Of a stretch of DNA of 64,000 bases, positions 44,643 to 55,600 are shown piece by piece (the first letter of the stretch is position 1; each line of letters begins with the position of its first letter). A program made the translations under genes and the position numbers. The DNA comes from Chryseosolibacter histidini. Its GTDB lineage: Bacteria; Bacteroidota; Bacteroidia; Cytophagales; Cyclobacteriaceae. The stretch is from assembly GCF_018598225.1 (NCBI RefSeq), contig NZ_JAHESF010000007.1, positions 68,554 to 132,553 on the forward strand, read 5' to 3'. The notes below the pieces were generated by a model. That model had not been told where the DNA came from. It ran no database searches and saw nothing but the letters and a program-made list of their open reading frames with translations.

Positions 44643-47012
44643 CTACTCATCCTTCAACGCCCTCGCGGGATTCGCCAACGCCGCCTTCGTGGTAACATAC
44701 CCCACTGTGGTCAGCACGATCAGCGCGATCACCACCAGCTCGGCTGCAAAGGTCCACACTGTGATGCCCGCATGGTATTCATAAAGCTCCAGCCACTTCG
44801 ACATGAGGAACCATCCTGCAGGCGCCGCCAGCGCGAACGCAACAAGGATGAGGTGGTAGAACTCCTTACCAAAAAGCCAGAGGATGTGCGCCACGCTTCC
44901 ACCCAACACCTTGCGGATGCCGATCTCCTTCGTTCTTCGCACCGACATGAATGACACCAGGCCGTAAAGTCCCATGCAGCCAATGAACAACGCGATGCCG
45001 GAGAACACGCGGATCATCGTGAGCATCAGCTGCTCTGTTTCATAGAACTGCGCAGTCTCGTTGTCGAGAAAAGCATACTCATAGATGCGCTCGGGATAGG
45101 TGGCAGACCATAATTTTTCCAACGCCGGCAACACGGTGGCGGCCTGCGACATATTGATCTTTACCGCATAAGAATTGTAGTGCCGCATTGATGTTGTAAT
45201 GAACAGCGGATTGATCTGCGAGCGGAGAGGCTGGTCATGAAAATCTCTCACCACACCCACAATATGTCCTTTAAATTCATCTCCATTGAAGGAAAGGTGT
45301 CTGCCCAGCATCTCTTCAGGCGCGATGCCAAGCCTGCTGGCCATGGTCTCGTTTACCAGGAACTCGCGCACGGAATCAGAAGGTACGAGGTTTCTGCCTG
45401 CCACCAGGTCGATACCGAACGTGGAAAGATAGTCTGCATCGGCGCCCTTGAATTGACCAGAAAAAACTTCGGACTCTGTACGGTTATCAAATTTGAACGA
45501 TGTACTCCAGTTGTTCCTGGAAGCCGGTGCCCCGAAGCAAACAGAAACCTTCTCTACACCAGGCGTACGCAGGAATTGCTCTTTCAACGTTTTCATCTTC
45601 GCGTCGTTTGAAGCGGTGGGAATCATCACCACAGCTTCTTCATCGAAACCGAGGTCGGCCTGCCTGATGTACTTCATCTGGTTGCTGATGACAATGAGCC
45701 CGATCAAAAGCACTTGCGATATTATCAACTGGGCTATGATCAGCGACCTTCTCAGGTTTAGTGACCTCGACGCCAGGTCTTGCAATTTTCCTTTCAGCGC
45801 AGATACGGGTCTAAATCCAGAGAGCACCATGCCTGGATATGCTCCCGCGAGGAAGGTTACGACAACCATTGTTACGATAGAGAAGATCCAAAGCGATGGA
45901 TCTGACAACTGAAGCGTGACCTGGGTACTGAACAGCTCATTGATATAAGGCAATACGCCTGTAGCGATACCGAAGGCGACCAGGAAAGCAAGCATCACGA
46001 TGGAAAATGTCTCTGTTGTGAACTGCCAGAAGAGCTGTGGCCGTGTGCTTCCCATCACCTTGCGAACGCCCACTTCACGGGTGCGACCCATAGCCTGGGC
46101 CGTGGCAAGGTTGATGAAGTTCAGACAGGCCGTGAAGACCAGGAAGAAGCCTACCACAGCCAGGATCCAGACACCACTTTCAGGTATACGTCCGCCGTAG
46201 CGTGGATCGAAGTGTAGATCCGCCAAAGGTTGAAGCTTGTAGTGATGCACATTTTTGCTTTGGTCGCGATATTTTTTTACATACGCCGGCAATACCGCCT
46301 CTACGTCAGCAGGGTGTACGCCATCACGCAGACGCGCATAGGTTTGTATAGACTCTGTAATACCGCCCCACGCATCATCCCTGCCATACCATTCGTTATA
46401 CTGTCCCACGCTCGTGTAAGAAAGGAAGATAGAGCCTCCTACATCGGTACGGATGGGAAAGTCGCGCAGCACCCCCGTGATCTCAAAATCGATTTCGTTT
46501 TGGAAACGGAAAGTTTTCCCTACTGCCGGATCGTTGCCAAAATATTTTCTGGCGGCAGCTTCTGTGATCAATGCCTTGTTGGCCTGGTGCAGATGGTTTG
46601 CTCCAGAAACCAATGGAAAATTAAAGATGTCGAAGAATTCAGGTTCCGCAAAGCGGGCATCGACCTTGAACTTTTTCTGTTCGCCGTTACTTTCAAAGCT
46701 GATGATCGCCTCCTCGGCCACACAGATGCGCGCCACTTTCTCGCCGAAGGGATAATCGTCGCGAAATGTTTTTCCAAACGCAGGCGGCACGGCACTCGCA
46801 TAATTCACGGCATCGCGGTGCTCCTCGGTAACAAACCGGTAGACGCGGTCTGAATGGTGATGAAAGTTGTCGAAGCCCAGGTGATAGCTGATAAGCGAGA
46901 AAATGAGGATGGCACAGGCAATGCCGAGCCCAAGCCCGGAAACGTTGATGAGCGCATAGGATGCCGAGCGCCTGATGACACGGATCGCTATTTTGAAGTA
47001 GTTGTTAAGCAT
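44643..47012 (-). CDS. ABC transporter permease, FtsX/MacB-like with two FtsX domains
   Basis: 789 aa. Two four-helix FtsX-type TM bundles separated by large periplasmic MacB_PCD-like domains. Confidence 0.8.
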   Translation of the reverse strand: MLNNYFKIAIRVIRRSASYALINVSGLGLGIACAILIFSLISYHLGFDNFHHHSDRVYRFVTEEHRDAVNYASAVPPAFGKTFRDDYPFGEKVARICVAEEAIISFESNGEQKKFKVDARFAEPEFFDIFNFPLVSGANHLHQANKALITEAAARKYFGNDPAVGKTFRFQNEIDFEITGVLRDFPIRTDVGGSIFLSYTSVGQYNEWYGRDDAWGGITESIQTYARLRDGVHPADVEAVLPAYVKKYRDQSKNVHHYKLQPLADLHFDPRYGGRIPESGVWILAVVGFFLVFTACLNFINLATAQAMGRTREVGVRKVMGSTRPQLFWQFTTETFSIVMLAFLVAFGIATGVLPYINELFSTQVTLQLSDPSLWIFSIVTMVVVTFLAGAYPGMVLSGFRPVSALKGKLQDLASRSLNLRRSLIIAQLIISQVLLIGLIVISNQMKYIRQADLGFDEEAVVMIPTASNDAKMKTLKEQFLRTPGVEKVSVCFGAPASRNNWSTSFKFDNRTESEVFSGQFKGADADYLSTFGIDLVAGRNLVPSDSVREFLVNETMASRLGIAPEEMLGRHLSFNGDEFKGHIVGVVRDFHDQPLRSQINPLFITTSMRHYNSYAVKINMSQAATVLPALEKLWSATYPERIYEYAFLDNETAQFYETEQLMLTMIRVFSGIALFIGCMGLYGLVSFMSVRRTKEIGIRKVLGGSVAHILWLFGKEFYHLILVAFALAAPAGWFLMSKWLELYEYHAGITVWTFAAELVVIALIVLTTVGYVTTKAALANPARALKDE

Positions 47013-47247
47013 AGGAAAAGCGGCTTAGATCTCCTATAATATAAGTACAAATCGTGCCAGGCAGGTTGTTTGGATTTCGATACCGGAAAGGGCTTTAAAA
47101 GGGAAGTCCTGTTCGGTTTGGTGACAGCCATGTTCGATTATGGGAAGCGAAGAACAGCATCTTGTATATCACCAGCTGCGTGTGGTCAATTATTTTTCAT
47201 TCTTTAGGGCGATTGGCCTATCTTCGGTAGAACTGACCTTCGATCCC

Positions 47248-47973
47248 ATGAAAACAATCTTTTCACTTATCGGTGCGTTTATTCTGAGCATCGCCACACA
47301 AGCGCAATCACCCCTTACAGAAAAATACCACGGGTATTCAGAAAACACATTTCGATCCATGCCATACGGTTTCTTCAAGCCCGTAGCATACGATCCCAAA
47401 AGATCATATCCATTGATCGTATACCTGCATGGCAGCAACGACCTCGTTTCGCGCGACCTCCTGTGGTATCAGGAAAACATTCAAAAGCAGTATCCCTGCT
47501 TTGTGCTCACGTCCAAGTGCAAAGAGTCGAACCAGGGTTGGGGCAATACGTGGAGCGAGAAGCATACCGATGCCACGGCTAAAACACTGGCCCTGCTTGA
47601 CTCGCTCGTGAAGCAATACAACATTGACACCAACCGCTTGTACCTGTACGGCATATCGATGGGTGGCTTTGGTGTTTTTTCGATCCTCTCAAAGAACCCG
47701 GGAAAATTCGCCGCTGCTTACGCGATCTGTGGTGGCAGCAACGCACAGGCTGCCAGAAACCTGCTGCAAACGCCCCTGTGGATCTTTCACGGCACCGACG
47801 ATGACATTGTGCCGGTGTATCTCTCGCGCGATGTGTATCATGAGATCGTCAGGCTCGGTGGCAAAAAAGTAAAATACACCGAGTACCCTGGCGTAAAACA
47901 CAACAGCTGGGAAAATGTTGGAAAGGAACAGTCGCTGCCTGCTTGGCTGTTCTCACAACGAAAAGGATTATAG
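47248..47973 (+). CDS. Secreted alpha/beta hydrolase (esterase/PHB-depolymerase-like)
   Basis: Signal peptide. YLHGSND motif, GISMGGFG nucleophile elbow, and a C-terminal His motif region. Confidence 0.7.
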   Translation: MKTIFSLIGAFILSIATQAQSPLTEKYHGYSENTFRSMPYGFFKPVAYDPKRSYPLIVYLHGSNDLVSRDLLWYQENIQKQYPCFVLTSKCKESNQGWGNTWSEKHTDATAKTLALLDSLVKQYNIDTNRLYLYGISMGGFGVFSILSKNPGKFAAAYAICGGSNAQAARNLLQTPLWIFHGTDDDIVPVYLSRDVYHEIVRLGGKKVKYTEYPGVKHNSWENVGKEQSLPAWLFSQRKGL

Positions 47974-48096
47974 CAAACACACAGCCCTTCTACTGCCTGG
48001 AAATCCTTCCCTGTTAAAAATCCACAAAAACATTTGTGTAACCTGTAGATTACACATAAATTTGTAACCTGTAAGTTACATAAACCAGTAAACGCC

Positions 48097-48552
48097 ATGA
48101 AACGAAGCATTAAACTCAAGTGGTTCTACCCATATCCTGTAGAAACCTTATGGGAGTGCCTTACCGACCCGGAGAAGCTGAAAGAATGGAATAACCTTAA
48201 AAGGTCAGGCTTTAAAGCAGAGGTCGGGTTCCGGTGGATGGAGGAACAAAAACCCCGCAAGGGCTGGGATGGCAAAATGTATTTTGAAGTACTGGAAGTG
48301 GTACCGCTTAAAAAATTATCGTATTCATTCAAGGGCGGCCCCAACCCGCAGACCATGACACTCGATACTGTGGTGACATGGACCCTGACTCCAAAGAATG
48401 GCGGCACCGAGCTTCACCTCGAGCACACCGGCTTCGAAGGGCTGAAGGGACTTGTTACAAGCCTCATCATGGAAAAAGGCTGGAACAAACACTTTGCGAA
48501 AAAGTTGATGAATTACCTCAAAGAACTGAACAATGAACATATCCAACTATGA
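48097..48552 (+). CDS. SRPBCC (AHSA1/polyketide-cyclase-like) domain protein
   Basis: 151 aa. Sequence is typical of Aha1-like SRPBCC ligand-binding domain proteins that partner with ArsR regulators. Confidence 0.65.
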   Translation: MKRSIKLKWFYPYPVETLWECLTDPEKLKEWNNLKRSGFKAEVGFRWMEEQKPRKGWDGKMYFEVLEVVPLKKLSYSFKGGPNPQTMTLDTVVTWTLTPKNGGTELHLEHTGFEGLKGLVTSLIMEKGWNKHFAKKLMNYLKELNNEHIQL

Positions 48553-48871
48553 CAGCTTTATCGCCATTGCTGATCCTCACCGGCGCCAGATCCTGAGGAT
48601 GCTCAGCAGCAAGGAGCAATCCATCAACACCATTGCCGAAAATTTTGACATCAGCAGGCCTGCGGTTTCAAAACATATCAAAGTGTTGGAGTCAACCGGA
48701 TTTATCACGATTGAAGACAGGGGCAGAGAGCGGTACTGTGTACTGGACCAGCGGGGATTTACCGAGATTCAGGAGTGGATGAACTACTTCGAAAATTACT
48801 GGCTCACCAAGTTGAAGAGTCTCGATGCATACCTGAAAAAAAGTAATTCACCGAAAAAGCGTAAACGATGA
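48533..48871 (+). CDS. ArsR/SmtB-family transcriptional regulator
   Basis: LADPHRRQILRMLSSKEQSINTIAENFDISRPAVSKHIKVLESTGFI winged-HTH. Overlaps the preceding SRPBCC gene by 20 bp. Confidence 0.85.
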   Translation: MNISNYDSFIAIADPHRRQILRMLSSKEQSINTIAENFDISRPAVSKHIKVLESTGFITIEDRGRERYCVLDQRGFTEIQEWMNYFENYWLTKLKSLDAYLKKSNSPKKRKR

Positions 48872-49368
48872 TAAAATTAAATAAAGGATCAGCGAAAGCA
48901 GTGCTGATACTGCATTTCTGTACCCTGACGTTGTGGCTCGGAGGTGCTATCAGCTGTTTACCATTGTTGTATCAGGCAGACCTGTCGCGTTATGACGAGA
49001 TGTATTCCACTTATCTTCACATGCGGGCCATTGCCTGGAACGTGATCGGCTGGGGTGGCATCGGTAGTTTTTTCACGGGGCTTGTGCTTGCCATATTCAC
49101 CGAGTGGGGGCTATTCAAACACAAATGGGTGATGGCAAAATTATTCCTGGTGATCGCGCTGATCATGTTCGGCATGTTCTTCAATGAGCACAGGATGCTG
49201 GAGAACATCGAACTCCTGGAGGTTCAGGGCGTGAACAGCATTACCAATGCAGTGTTCCTGCAAAATCATTCAACGCTGAAGGGTGGGATGCTGGCGAGCA
49301 CATCGGGATTTATACTGCTGATCGCGATCGCGGTGTATAAACCCTGGATGAAAAAAAAGCACGTGTAG
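48868..49368 (+). CDS. Hypothetical integral membrane protein (4 TM helices)
   Basis: Hydrophobicity pattern only. Its start overlaps the arsR stop. Confidence 0.5.
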   Translation: MIKLNKGSAKAVLILHFCTLTLWLGGAISCLPLLYQADLSRYDEMYSTYLHMRAIAWNVIGWGGIGSFFTGLVLAIFTEWGLFKHKWVMAKLFLVIALIMFGMFFNEHRMLENIELLEVQGVNSITNAVFLQNHSTLKGGMLASTSGFILLIAIAVYKPWMKKKHV

Positions 49369-49370
49369 GA

Positions 49371-49874
49371 TTACTGCGGATCGAGCGGAGACTTATATTC
49401 TTTTGCCAACTTTCCCTCGTTTACCAGTTTTCTGAGCGAATCCAGCTGCTGTTGTGCGGCGGAATCATCTGCATTCTTGGGCGCGATTGATCCTTCCAGT
49501 TCTTTCAGCTTACTGTCAATGGCTGCAAATTTACGCAGTACATCAATTGAAACCCGGTAGGAATGGATCATACCTTTAATTTCCCATTCCTGCAGCCGGG
49601 TGGTGTCCCTGAACTGGTATGATGTGCTCAGAAACTTTTTCATGTGCACAGAGGCGCTGTCACCCGCCCGAATATTCTCGTTAAGCACTCTTTGAAGCGC
49701 TGTGTCGGAATTAAAATAGGCGCGCATCAGCTCGTAATCTTCTTCCGTGTAGGCAACGGTATCGAACATTTGGCGGGCTATCCTGGCTTTATAAGTTGTT
49801 GAAACAAAGTAAATGATAACAGACACTACGATCAGCGCAAAAACGATGAGGATCATCACGCGGGGCTTCGACAT
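49371..49874 (-). CDS. Hypothetical single-pass membrane protein
   Basis: N-terminal TM helix MILIVFALIVVSVIIYFV, then a soluble domain without a recognisable motif. Confidence 0.45.
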   Translation of the reverse strand: MSKPRVMILIVFALIVVSVIIYFVSTTYKARIARQMFDTVAYTEEDYELMRAYFNSDTALQRVLNENIRAGDSASVHMKKFLSTSYQFRDTTRLQEWEIKGMIHSYRVSIDVLRKFAAIDSKLKELEGSIAPKNADDSAAQQQLDSLRKLVNEGKLAKEYKSPLDPQ

Positions 49875-50436
49875 ATTTGATCTTGTTTTTTGGGGACCAA
49901 TGTCATGTAAGATAACGAACAAATTGATTATTTGTAGTTTGAGCCCTGAAGGGGCTGAATATCAATAGCGTCGGGTGTCGGCCCGACGCTATTGTGCATT
50001 TGTATTTCCACGTGTCATAGGTAGTATGGATCGAGGTACGCTTTTTCTGGCACGTAATGCGCACGCCAGATCTGGGCATCGCGATCGATGCGCCATGAAC
50101 AGACAACGCCATGATTACAACCGCACGTGGCGCACTTTCCCGTCGCGATGAATAACCCGCGGCTGCACCGCGGGCTATTCATATTGCGCCCTCTTGGGGC
50201 TTGAAATACAATAGTCGCACTAGAATCTTGCTTCTTAACTTAATGACATTTCTCTGACAGGTCTATAAAATCGGGACATCATCACCTGGTCAATTCAACT
50301 CAATCATCACTATAAATGTCACTGGGTCACTCCACAAGAGGATGACATTCTCAACAAAGTGAACTTGAAATTCTGAACAAAGTCCTGCAATGCGGTTCCC
50401 GCTAAGTTTGTGTCAACAAAAGCAAAAACACAACAT

Positions 50437-51462
50437 ATGAAAACAGTATTGGAAATCGACAATTACAATGGGAAACTGCAAAAACCTGTAGGTTCGGGAT
50501 TTAATGCGTCCTCCACGGCAAGTGATGTGATCAAAGGAATTGACCTCACCAGGAAGGTCGCCATCGTCACGGGTGGCAATGCGGGGATCGGCCTGGAAAC
50601 AACCCGCGTGCTTGCGGCGGCGGGTGCGAGGGTGATCGTGCCGGCGCGGGACATCGAAAAAGCAAAGAAAAATCTGCAAGGTATCGCCAATGTGGAGCTG
50701 GCAGCATTGGACCTCATCGATCCAAGATCCATCGACGCGTTTGCCGAAACTTTTTTAGCTTCCGGCAGACCGCTTCACCTGCTCATCAACAATGCGGGCA
50801 TTATGTGGGTACCCTTGCGCAGAGACTCCCGCGGCTTCGAGTCTCAGCTTGCCACCAATTACCTTGGACAGTTTCACCTCACGGCAAGGTTATGGCCCGC
50901 GCTGAAAAAAGCGAATGGCGCAAGGGTGGTGAACCTGTCATCTTTCGGGCACCAGGTCTCACCCTTTAACTTCGATGATCCCAATTTTCATCACCGCGCC
51001 TATGAAACGTTGCAGGGCTACGGACAATCAAAAACAGCCACGAACCTGTTCTCCGTTGAGCTCGACAACCGGGGCCGCGCATTCAATGTAAGAGCCTTCT
51101 CAGTACACCCTGGCTCTGTCAACGGTACGGAATTAGGTCGCGAAGCACCGATCGAATTATTTCAACAAATGGGTCTGTGCGATGCGCAGGGCAATGTGCT
51201 TCCGGAGGTATCGGCAAGACTGAAAACAGTTCCACAGGGTGCATCCACTACCGTGTGGTGTGCTACGAGCCCCATGCTGAACAACATCGGAGGCGTGTAT
51301 TGTGAAGATACGGATGTTGCCGAGCTGGACCGTGGAACGATCGAGCGCAAATATGATCAGCCCTCAACGTTGCGGGGTGTACAACCTTATTCCCTGGACG
51401 AAGGCAACGCCAAACGACTATGGAGGCTGAGCGAAGAAATGACGGGTGTCACATTCCGGTAA
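50437..51462 (+). CDS. SDR-family oxidoreductase (retinol-dehydrogenase-like subgroup)
   Basis: VAIVTGGNAGIGLETTRVLAAAGARVIVPARD cofactor motif. NNAG and YGQSK catalytic motif. Confidence 0.85.
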   Translation: MKTVLEIDNYNGKLQKPVGSGFNASSTASDVIKGIDLTRKVAIVTGGNAGIGLETTRVLAAAGARVIVPARDIEKAKKNLQGIANVELAALDLIDPRSIDAFAETFLASGRPLHLLINNAGIMWVPLRRDSRGFESQLATNYLGQFHLTARLWPALKKANGARVVNLSSFGHQVSPFNFDDPNFHHRAYETLQGYGQSKTATNLFSVELDNRGRAFNVRAFSVHPGSVNGTELGREAPIELFQQMGLCDAQGNVLPEVSARLKTVPQGASTTVWCATSPMLNNIGGVYCEDTDVAELDRGTIERKYDQPSTLRGVQPYSLDEGNAKRLWRLSEEMTGVTFR

Positions 51463-51512
51463 GCCAACCTTGGGGTTGCCGTTGTGGTAACCCCTACCAA
51501 GTTGTAAATTGT

Positions 51513-52337
51513 ATGCCGTTGCAAGACATGGAATTCAAAACAAACTATATCAATCCCGACATCAAACTTTCGGTTTTCGAAGACGAACTGTTTAAAACGG
51601 AAGCCCTGTTTGAGCATCACCTGCTTGTTTGGTTCATCTCGGGCGAGACCAAGATCATCCAGGCCGGAGCTTCTTATGTATTCAATGCCGGAGACATCTT
51701 CCTGATTCCCCGTAACCAGGTGGCCACGGTGATCAACTATCCCAAGGATGGGCTTCCACACAAGGCCGTAGCGATGCACCTGACGGTGGAACGACTCAGG
51801 GATTTTTATTCCGGCATCGAAGTACAATCCATAACCGACATCAATGACAAGATCTACGCTTTTAAAAACCATCCGCTGCTCCAGAGCTGCTTTTCGTCAT
51901 TGCTTCCTTACTTCGACTTGCAGGAAAAATTTCCGGAAGCGCTTGCTGCACTGAAGATCAAAGAGGCGATCACGATCTTAAGGACGATCGACAAAAATGT
52001 AGACGGGATCCTGGCCAACTTTGAAACACCGGGAAAGGTAGACCTGGTCAAATTCATGGAGAGCCATTTCATGTTCAACCTGCCCCTGGAAAAATTCGGA
52101 TACCTTACAGGGCGCAGCCTTTCAACTTTTAACCGCGACTTCAGAAAGACCTTTCAGGCAACGCCTCAAAAGTGGCTGACGCGAAAAAGACTCGAGCTGG
52201 CACATTATCAGCTCACCGCGTATGCCAAGAAGCCTGTGGATGTTTACCTCGAAGTGGGCTTTGAAGACCTCTCACATTTTTCGTTCGCCTTCAAAAAACA
52301 TTTCGGTTATATACCCACCGCCATTTCCCGGAGATAA
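51513..52337 (+). CDS. AraC-family transcriptional regulator
   Basis: C-terminal HTH (FGYLTGRSLSTFNRDFRKTFQATPQKWLTRKRLELAHYQL...DLSHFSFAFKKHFGYIP). Confidence 0.8.
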   Translation: MPLQDMEFKTNYINPDIKLSVFEDELFKTEALFEHHLLVWFISGETKIIQAGASYVFNAGDIFLIPRNQVATVINYPKDGLPHKAVAMHLTVERLRDFYSGIEVQSITDINDKIYAFKNHPLLQSCFSSLLPYFDLQEKFPEALAALKIKEAITILRTIDKNVDGILANFETPGKVDLVKFMESHFMFNLPLEKFGYLTGRSLSTFNRDFRKTFQATPQKWLTRKRLELAHYQLTAYAKKPVDVYLEVGFEDLSHFSFAFKKHFGYIPTAISRR

Positions 52338-52656
52338 TTTTTCTTAACCGCTCAAAATTCACACGCATCGTACACGCACAACACTGCGTGTACGCGTGTG
52401 TACCACGCCAGCCACATAAATTAATACAATCATAATAATCGTCATCGATTGCCGCCGCTGCAACGAAAAATTCTTTACTCCCATCCGGGAATTCAATAAC
52501 TATAACATAATGTATAGAGGGAAATTTTAATAAAAGCATAATTCCCTTCTTCCGCGCACGTATCAGCCGATTTTCACCTTTGCGGCTGAAAGCCATCCAT
52601 CACGCTATGCGCGTGCATGGAGCAGTAAATCTTCTTAACAACCTTAAACAACTATT

Positions 52657-55600
52657 ATGACCAAACCTTTACGGAGAAGATCGGTTTTACACCGATTGTA
52701 CCCTCATTGCGTTGCCGCGCTGCTATTGTGGCAACTGCCGGCCGCCCCGTTGCTGCACGCCAAGCCCGTTGCAGAAAATGAAATCGCAGAAATCAAATTG
52801 CTTGCAGACAAACCTGTGAAGGGAAAAGTGACAGATCCTTCCGGTGAAGCGCTTCCCGGCGTGAACGTGATCGTCAAAGGAACCACTAACGGTACCACTA
52901 CCGACACCAATGGCAATTTCGCCCTGGAAGTTCCGGAAAACGCCACGCTGCAGTTCAGCTACATCGGATTCCAAACAATTGAAGTTGAGGTCGGTGACCG
53001 TACCGTGATCGACATCGCCATGGAAGTGGATTCCAAATCGCTGGAAGAAGTGGTTGTGGTGGCATACGGCACGCAAAAGAAAGTGAACATGACGGGTGCT
53101 GTAGACCAGGTATCGGCCAAGGTGCTGAACAACCGGCCCATCACCAACCTGAGCCAGGGTTTGGTGGGTGTGATCCCCAACCTGAACATCAACCTCGAAG
53201 ATGGCAAGCCGATCCAATCGCCCGCTTATAATGTAAGGGGTGTGACGTCAGTGGGTCAGGGTGGCAATGCTTTGATCCTGATCGATGGCGTTGAAGGAGA
53301 CCCGCGCATGATCAACCCTCGTGATGTGGCCAGCGTAACCGTTCTGAAAGATGCCGCCTCCGCATCGATCTACGGTGCACGCGGCGCCTTCGGTGTGGTG
53401 CTGATCACAACAAAAATACCTGAACACGGACGGGTGAGTGTTGACTACTACGCCAACTACTCCATTAAAAAACCTACTACTGTTCCGGAGCTTGTAACGG
53501 ATGGCTACCGGTCGGCCATGCTTTTTAATGAAGCATGGACCGCCTGGAATGATTATTCACAAACGCCACAGAACGTTAACAAGACGTTGAAGTTCTCGCC
53601 CGAATACCTGGCGGAGCTCAAAAGACGATCGGAAGATCCTTCGCTTCCTAAAGTGGATGTGCTGCCCAATGGCGAGTACGTTTACTACGAAAACATGGAT
53701 TGGTATAAAGAACTGTACAAAAATAACCTCAGCGCAAACGAACATAATCTTACCGTTTCAGGCGCCACTGAAAAAGCTACTTACCAGATCACAGGCCGTT
53801 ACCAGGGCCAGGAAGGATTGTTCCGTTACAATTCAGACGACTACAAGATGTACAACTTCAGGGCAAGGGGCACCGTGCAGCTTGCGCCGTGGCTGAAGGT
53901 TGACAACAACACACAATTCTCCAACATGCTCTACCACAACCCGCTCAACGTGGGCGAAGGCGGAAGCATCTGGAGAAACATCGCAGACGAAGGCCATACC
54001 ATGTCGCCCATGTTCAATCCCGATGGCACGTTGACCTACTCTGCCGCCTATACCGTGGGTGATTTCTGGTATGGAAAGAACGGGTATGATATGAACGAGC
54101 GTGTGATGCGCAACACCACGGCCTTCGATGCCAATTTCTTCGACAAAAAAGTAAGCGTTAAAGGAAACTTCACTTTCCAGAATACCGATAGCGACTGGAC
54201 TGTGATCCGTGTACCCGTCCCTTACAGCAGAAGGCCCGGCGTGATCGAGTATGTGGGGGCCAACACCAACGACATCTCTGAAATGCGGAATGAAACACAA
54301 TACATGGCCACCAACCTTTACGCCGAGTACGAGAACACCTTCTCCGCCCGCCATCATATCAAGGGACTGATCGGTTATAACTATGAGCAGTCTACCTTCG
54401 AAGGCCTCAGGGCACAACGCAACGGCCTGATCTACGAAAATGCTACCGACATCAACCTTGCGCTTGGCCAGGCCATTTCCACCTCGGGTGGATGGGACAA
54501 GTGGAATGTGCTGGGAGGTTTCTTCCGTCTCAACTATATCTTCGATGAAAGATATTTGCTCGAAGTAAATGGCCGTTATGATGGTTCTTCCAAATTCCCG
54601 GCCAACGAACGGTACGCTTTCTTCCCGTCAGTGTCAGCAGGATGGCGCGTATCGAAAGAACATTTCTGGAACGTTTCTGAGAATTTCATCTCTGAGCTGA
54701 AATTCCGCGGCTCCTATGGATCGCTTGGTAACGGAAGCATTGGCTCTTATGCCTTCCAGGAAAAATTCAATGTACAGCAATCGGGACTTGTCCTGAATGG
54801 CGTGCGGCCACAGCTTACAAGCCAGCCGGGTGTGCTGCCGGCAGGGCTCACGTGGGAGACCGCCACGGTTCAGAACCTGGGCGTTGACCTTTCCATGCTC
54901 AACGGAAGATTGTTGCTCAATGCAGATGCGTACGTTCGCAAGACCACTGATATGTTCACACCTGGCATGACGCTTCCGGCCGTGTTCGGAACAGCGGTTC
55001 CCTATGGCAACTACGCTGATCTGAAAACCACCGGATGGGAGATCGTGCTCGACTGGCAGGATGAGCGTTCGCTGGGTGCCAAACCGTTCAGTTACTCGGT
55101 GAGGCTCACACTGGCCGATGCGCAGGCAGAGATCCTGAAGTTCAACAACCCTGATAAACGCCTCACTGACTACTATGCTGGTCAGAAATACGGAGAGATC
55201 TGGGGATTCGAGACGGAAGGGTTCTTCACTTCCGTGGATGACATTGCCAACCACGCCAACCAGAGTGCCATCGCAGCCTCCGCCACCGGAAAGCTGCTGC
55301 CTGGTGACATCAAGTTCAGAGACCTGAATGGCGACAACTTTATCAATGTTGGTGAGAACACCGTCAATAAACCTGGCGATATGAGGGTGATCGGCAACTC
55401 AACACCACGGTATGTCTATGGTGCCATGTTTGGTGTGAACTGGAGCAACTTCGGCTTCGGTGCTTTCTTCCAGGGCGTTGGCAAGCAGGACTGGTGGCCC
55501 GGTGCGGAAGCGGATCTCTTCTGGGGGCCTTACAACAGGCCTTACAACACTGCGCTGGAATCGATGGCGAGCAAGATCTGGTCTGAAGAAAATCCCAACA

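Noticed and set aside
44729-46853. Several 60-200 aa ORFs overlapping the ABC permease gene
   Set aside because: Nested in the 789-aa FtsX-type permease ORF. Likely spurious.
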